Assembly: GCA_964057225.1 (NCBI GenBank)
Contig: OZ059894.1
Span: 14,508,001 to 14,572,000, forward strand
DNA length: 64,000 bases
Reading direction: 5' to 3'
From: Auanema rhodensis
Lineage: Eukaryota > Animalia > Nematoda
The position numbers and the translations under genes are program-made. The notes below the pieces were generated by a model. The model did no database searches. It was not told the origin of the DNA and was given only the letters and a program-made list of their open reading frames with translations. Shown one piece after another: positions 56,936 through 64,000 of the stretch (positions are counted from its first letter, which is position 1; every line of letters starts with the position of its first letter).

Positions 56936-57275
56936 CTATGAAAGCGAATGGATTTTAAGTTTGATTGAGTATAGAGGTGAGAAGGTTTGATAACCTGCAT
57001 TTCCTGTCAAATCTGGGATTTTCCAAAGAAGGAGGAGAGAAAGGGAGAGGAAGGGAGAGAGATGAAGATAGAGAACCCAAAGTACGAGAATTCTGAGATG
57101 ATGAGGTAAAGAGAATATTGAGATCTAAAGAGAGAAATAAAACCCATATTCGCCTGCAATGCTTATCCCACAAAAAACCAACAAAACATTCAAAATTTAT
57201 AAAATATTATTTATTTACACGATATATCAGAGCACAATTAAACTTTACAAGGGTTAAAGCGTAAAGTAAGCTCTG

Positions 57276-57321
57276 TTATCGGTAAATAAATTGAGAAAGC
57301 TAGAGGTAGATAGATAGATAA

Positions 57322-57367
<46 letters not shown>

Positions 57368-59474
57368 AATTGGAGAGACAGAAGAAGAGAAGGAGGTAGG
57401 TATAAGCCAAAGATTTAAAGCGCATGCAGCTACCCTATATCTAACAAACACGTAATAATAATATAATACTGAATGATACTACTTGTATTTTCCTGGATTT
57501 GAATTTTTAAACTAAATTACGAGAAAATCCAGTTGCTTAATGTTTTCAAACCAACAACCTTATTCAAATAATAAAGAGAACGTGTGGTCTCATAGATTTT
57601 TTCCCAATTTGGTGGAACAGTCTTCAAAATATTATACGAAATGGATTTCAATCCAAAATTCTTATTTGAATCAGATTTTGTAATCTGATACGGACGGTAC
57701 TGGGAGGAAATGATTCGTGAACCACTTACATCTTGCCCATTTCCAGCTGGATATCTGCGATTTCCTTGAGTAGATCCGGAAGTCATAACAGGTAACTGTC
57801 CAGGGAGTTGGCTATCTGGATAAGTAGCTCCAGTCCGGATATTATTATAGGTTTGATATCTGAAATATGAATATATCTAAAAAGAAAATAAAGATGTTGA
57901 GTTGCACATGCTATAATGTCTGAGAACACTCAGAGGTACAGACGAATTCGTTTTTTTTGTCAGAGAAGTTCGCGGCGTTCGTATTATATGTCGTCCGGTA
58001 TGAGGAAGTGACATTAGACAAGGAAAATTTAAAAGCTTCAAAAATAACAAACAGGAGACTTAAGACCGGAAAGGGTTTTTCATCGTTTTCTTTTGAAACT
58101 TTCATCTTATTTCTAAATAAAGGAAAAGAAACTTGGTTTACATTCTTTTCAACAAAAAAAAACTACTGACTTGTTGTCATGAGCTTCGTCAACTTATAAG
58201 CTGCGAGTTTGCTCACAAGTTTGTTCGCAACTCGTTTTTGATGAAATCGAACTAACCCAGAGTAGCTGTTGCTGTGTTGGGCTACAGGTGGCTGACGGTC
58301 AATTCTCTCGAACTGTTCTCTTCTTTCGAAAGAAGGATATGAAGCTGATGCAGCTTGCTTCGACATCTGATACCAAGCCGGGATACTGTCCTGAGACATT
58401 GCTGCTAAAACGAAGATGAGGAAATTTGTTGAAACTTAGGATAAACTTACTGTTAACACGATTAGCATATTGTGCTAAGCAACCAGCAACTAGGGCAAGT
58501 GAAAATACAGCTCTGAAAAAAGAAGTTTTAGAAAAACAAAACACAAATCTTTTTAGGAAATTTTTCTTTGGTTTAATCAAAAAAGAATTGATTTAATGAG
58601 TGTTCTCTCTCTTTCTCTATCTTTTCATTTTCCTCTCTTGTATGAAATCTTGAACATATCGAAAATGTTTTAAGTTTAATCAGCAAATCACGAGGAATAG
58701 ATACGAGAATACAAAGAAAATGAGACAGTTATTGAAGTATTCGGCTTTTAGAGAAAGTGCTGTACAAGAGATTTCGGATAAAAAAATATTGCAAGCCCAA
58801 TTTCAACATGATTTTGCTATCGTGGTTGGTCAAACTTATGTATGTGGTAAGCTTTTGACTTTCCTCCACTTAGTTCGCGATAAAAGGAGATAGTCAACAG
58901 AGAAAAATCAAAACAAATAAACGATAAGTAAATTCAACTCAATGAATACGAAACACTGCAGAGCAAAATGCACATGAAGTCTTTACAAGGGAATTCAAAG
59001 TAATCTCTTCTTGTCTTTCCCCAAAATGTTACTGTTTCGTACTCTTTTAATTCCCTTTTTCTTCATCAAAACCGTCTAACATCACGAACAGTGATCATTC
59101 AGATAATATAAATTGCATCTCTTCATCTTGAATTTCGAGAAGCGTGCTCAATAGAAAAGCCAAGTATAAGAAGATGTGATCTGATCAAAAACCAGAAATT
59201 TCTAGACATGGGAAACTTGCATCTTCTGAATTTACTCGAGTTACATATAGTATTCGGTAAATATGGTCAGTAGATGAGAATACTTATACAAACGAATATT
59301 AATATATGTATTTCAGATAAAGGAGAAGAGAGTGAGAAAAGAAGTGAGAAAGTAGTACATGAAAGTTTTTAAAATTTTAAAGTTTTTTGAAAGAATCAAA
59401 AGTTTTAAATCTTATTTGACTAATTTATTTTTATATAGATTATATAAAATATTATTTAATGATTACCTGAACAT
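57276..59474 (-). CDS. Secreted, low-complexity (Q/S/Y/G-rich) protein with a signal peptide; short isoform
   Basis: Exons 59467-59474, 58451-58512, 58257-58404, 57559-57859 and 57276-57299 all join in phase: MFR|AVFSLALVAGCLAQY..|..|..YETTRSLYYLNK|LSQFIYR*. AATAAA at 57210-57215. Confidence 0.72.
57324..57364. repeat. (GA)n microsatellite; reads as a polypyrimidine tract on the minus strand
   Basis: About 20 perfect units. Confidence 0.9.
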
Positions 59475-62023
59475 TGTGAAGAGTTTTCGTGGAATGGCTT
59501 TATGAGATTATAAATAAAAGTTTAATGAATAAGTTTATCTGTTATCTTAGGTTTGGTTCTGAATAGTGAGAGCACGACTGCGATGGACGACAAGCAATGA
59601 GCGGTAACTTCGCGTTATCTGTTTAAGGGGTGGAGCTCAGAAGAAGGAATGAAAGTTCGCGAGCATTGAGAAGGAACGGATGCGAGGCTGCTTTTGTAGC
59701 CAAGGAGGACGACAGCTAGCTAGTGGGTGGGACTCGATGAGAGGTCTAAGCGAATAAGGTAATCTGATGGAGTCGTTAGACACTGACAAGCGGAAAGAAG
59801 GTGTGCTTCACGGAGAGAAGTGTAGTGAAAAAGGTCGAGAGGAGGACGTTTTCATAAGAAAGAGATGAAGAAGACAACGTTAATGGACATGAAGGAAAAG
59901 CACGTACGTACGTACGCCGTTGATTAGATCATCAGATGAAAAAGAGCACAGAGAGGAAGAGATAGACTAGGCAAAAGTATGAGATGAGAGGAAGATGAGG
60001 ATAGAGAAGTCCGAGAGAAAGATCCAAGACTGACCGCAAACATTTCTTCGTGCAGTTGATGACAAGAAGCGTTTAGACAAAAAAAAACTTGAGGCGAGAA
60101 GAAGCCGATGAGGTATGAATATCGAGAACAAAAAAGGGAATAATCATCTTCAATTCATACGTGCTCATCTGATTCTGAGCGCTATGTCAACAGAATTTAA
60201 TCTTAAGAACTATTCATACGTTGTCTACGAAATTAATTTGACGAAAAAAACCAAAAATAGATTTGATTCACATTGTTTAGACTTTAATATTTTTCGTTTT
60301 TGCTCTCATTCGATTCCATCAGCAGTAACATAGAGAACGAACACTCTTTATTGCTGCTTATTTGGTCAAGGTGGCCAGTGTTATATCAACAGTCTTCAAG
60401 CGATTTCTTTGTAAAATTCAATAATAGCCAAAAGTCAAAGCTATAATAGACATTAAAGGAAAACATCGTCGCTATGGTCATTTACTAGACATTCGATCTT
60501 TACACTTTCGTGATTGTCTACAATGTCAAACTGATGTTTACTTAATGTTCTACTCGAACTCACCTGGTTACTATATTCACAATCAACGAGAATAATTTTG
60601 CATATAAATAAACAATAAATTATAATATTGTACTGCCTATTCATTTGAACTTTATTCCATTTCTTTTCTCGGCTTTTACTCTCTTTCTTCCCTCTCTAAT
60701 CTTCTCTTCAAACGTTTGCTATTACCTTGACGTTACTTGTTGTTTCTCTTATGTCTTTGTTTCTTCTTTTACATCTTTGTCGTCATCGTCATTACATCAT
60801 TTTCTGTTTCTTATACAATTTACTCAACTATACATGATTATCCAACATATTTCTTAATAATTCTTGTGTAGTTTTTGTCGAAGCAATATGTCAAAAATAC
60901 ATTTATTCGAAGATTAAACCGTTTCTGAGTTCAGCGTGACTAAGCAAAAAGCCGAATCAAAACCACCTCTTTCCTACTCTCTCCACACCAATTCTCTTCG
61001 CACCTTATGTGTTTGCTGTTCATTTGGATTTGAATCGTTTGTAAATATCCACCCTTCAGGGTCAAACCACGAGACTACCGCCATCCTAACAGACATCCAA
61101 AATTTATTTATTTTTTCTCCCATCAAAGCATAAATAGAAGATTCGTGTCTGAATTATCTGTCAAAATGATCGTTAACGATTTCAAGAAGCTGAAGAAGAA
61201 GAGGAACGTAAATTATTTAAATGTTCATCTTAGAATCAATACAACAGCTTTTACGCACTTCAATAGATAAATAATGATTCGAACATAGTGTTTTTACAAT
61301 ATTAAAATAATTATTATTTTTAAAAGACTGATAAAACATATAAAAGAAATCAAATGGTACCAACAGTACAATTCATATACAATCAAGTCAGTATGATTCA
61401 TAGACAATCAAGTATTTGAACATATTTTAAAGTAAAATGTTCAAATTAGAATGAACCTTTGATGGTTGATATCATATAATCAATCACTTTACAATATAAT
61501 TATTTATATAAACAGTCTTACTACTTGAATTAAGGAATAAAACGATATAATTCTATTTATGAACAACCGAGTTGTATGACTGCAATATTAAACATAAAAA
61601 TATTCAAGCAATGCCCGTGAGTTTCACGTAAAATACTCAGAAATATTTAAAATATTTTAATTTCCAAAACGAAGTTATGATCAAAACAAATTTTAAATTG
61701 TTTTTTTCCATTCAAGTTAGTTTGAATACAAACATATAATACATTTCCTTGAACAATTACTTAATAACGAAAACGATATTAGTCTATAAACACTTTGCGA
61801 ATCGATTTTGTCTGAATACCAGACAAAGAAATATCAAAAATTGTCTAAATAGTTAATACAAAGACAATAAAATAGTAAACAAATTAAATAAAAATACAAA
61901 TATAGATATAGATATAGATATATTTGTATGTATATGTATATGTATATATATTATTAACATAAAACTCGTATTACAATCAAATTTCGAACATATAATTAAA
62001 GAATTGAACCTATGTTGATTGAA

Positions 62024-64000
62024 TTAATATATTTCTTGTAAATCGTGCAATCTTTCCATCATTTCTTGCTCTTGTGCTCGTTGGTACTGTAAGATTTTAG
62101 AATATCATTTGATTTCGTATGAATTTTATAGCAAATGATAGAAAAAGCCAGTAATAAGGACGTACCTTGCTTAAGAAATTAGAGTCTTGAATAGCATAGT
62201 AATTGGTTTCACCATATGGGAAACGTTGATCTTCCACTTGATTCCATAATCGAATTCGAAGAAGGAGACCTTAAAAAGAAACGACATTAAAGGTAAAACG
62301 TATAGAGGTTCGAAGAACAAAGATATGTCACAACCTGTAAGGACACCTCCAATGACAGCTGTGACGAATGCCAAACTCATTCCAGTTAGTTGATACAAGG
62401 CTTGTGACTTATTATCACGATCACCTTTCATAGGACCACCCATATAGTAAGGATAGATATGATATAATCTTCAATCATTTTGATGAATTTTTCTTTCAAA
62501 ATATAAAAAAAAAACCTACGTTTTACCGTAACTTTCAGCTTCGTAGAAATAGGCTATGACTATACTTAGTAGCTGAAAACTAAAACATACACTAAGCTAT
62601 CGAAACAAAATGTTTTCAAGCTTTTAATATTTTTGAAAATGAACAATGTAAATAAATGTTTGTAAAACTCACACCCGATAGTATGCCTGGGATTCCATGC
62701 AGATTATGAACTCCACATGTATCATATAGCTTAAATCGTTTTTCAAGTAGTGGCTATAATGAAAACATCAATTAAACATTCCAAAAACAAGAACACGAAC
62801 TGTAAGATAGACGTGACCAATTACAGATACACTGCTTCCGATGATTCCTATACCGACAGCGTGAGATGGGTATAGTACTGCATTTGCAGCCGAGCCTGGG
62901 GCAAATCTGTTGATAGGTATATCACTTAGCAAAGCCTACCAATAGCAACTCCTCCAGCCAAAGTTGAGCTTTGAATATGAATCATATTAAATCGACCAAG
63001 GTTGTCAGCAAATGATGAAATCAAAAAAGTTGTTACTGTTCCTGATGCCATGGCCAAGTATGTGTTCATAATTGCACGATGACGGGCATCTTCTGAAACC
63101 GGACATGTTCATAGAAACATTTAAAAACGTAAACGTCGTGTAAAAAATGAAAAAAAAAATGTTTTGAAACATGCCTGGCTCTTGAATCGAAGCATTGAAG
63201 GAAGGGAAAAAAACCCATAGAAGCAGAGTTCCTATAGTAATGTTAGATGTTATGATTCGACAAGTTTTAGAGTCTTACCTATCATGGAGAAAAGGTCTGA
63301 ATGCTTGATGGATCCTTCATCATTCATTTCCATAACATTTTTCTTATGGCCCACGATAGCTGCAGCTAAACCGAAATATGCTCCAAACATATGTCCAACT
63401 AAAGATCTGCCACCATCGTTAATCTTTAAAAAACATAATAATAATTGCCAAATTTCAGCTTCAATTTTCAAACGTATACAAATAAAACTTACATGCATAT
63501 AGTTAAATAGAATATGTTCAACAAGCACATTCAAAGCAGTTTCAATGAAAGCCAATAATAAAAATTGAGATGGAGTCATTTTTCCTAATAACACTCCCAT
63601 AGTTATGAGGACAACAGCACACGAACTATCGGCGGACATCATTCTTGAAAATAAAAAAAATCAGAACAAAAGGAAAATGCTATTAAGTTAAGTGAAACAT
63701 TGTTGAACTTTATTCGAACTTACTCGGGAACTCCAAGAGTGAAAATGCCAATTTCTTGAAATTGCTTAGAAAGAAATCCTCTCATAATTAAAGCCCATTG
63801 AATGACAAAAGCTGACAACAGCAAATTTACAGAAACGGCTGCAAACCCATATCGCTAAGATGGAGAGAATTAAAGTTAAATTGATTACAAACATCGAAAA
63901 TTCGAAAAATTAAAAAAATACCTTTAGGAAAGCCATTAAGAATCCAAAACCGACAAAAATCATCAAATGGACATCCTGGAACACTGGAGAAGTTTGGTTA
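62024..64000 (-). CDS. rhr-2: Rhesus-type ammonium transporter; 5' end is outside the window
   Basis: [20 protein letters not shown]|[20 protein letters not shown]|[35 protein letters not shown], ends LQEIY*. Confidence 0.93.

Noticed and set aside
60453-60644. Short minus-strand ORF with a weakly hydrophobic N-terminus
   Set aside because: No supporting downstream exons or motifs

Overview
Eukaryotic, AT-rich DNA from a rhabditid (clade V-type) nematode. It is gene-dense, with many tiny (~45-50 nt) introns and trans-splice-type acceptors just upstream of many start codons. Spliced by hand, it holds about 17 protein-coding genes. In order: a partial matrix metalloproteinase (zmp-3-like), an Srx-like 7TM receptor, a novel 4-TM protein, abhd-12, a likely minus-strand operon MIC60/immt > ctps-1 > cand-1, aman-2, osm-6/IFT52 (with an RFX X-box), a GnRH-receptor-like GPCR, nxf-1 divergent from arid-1, a WAP-like secreted protein, a small helical orphan, a secreted/mucin-TM locus and partial rhr-2. 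The most notable signals are: the exact 110-nt exon / cassette intron / 37-nt exon module of nxf-1; a start codon split by an intron in ctps-1; a candidate secreted-versus-membrane alternative terminal-exon switch at 56-59.5 kb; an X-box at operon spacing between aman-2 and osm-6; a miR-2 K-box and a 21-nt microexon in aman-2; and a GC-AG intron in rhr-2. I saw no tRNA, rRNA, SL RNA, CRISPR or intact transposon. Gene names rest on recalled motifs, not database searches.
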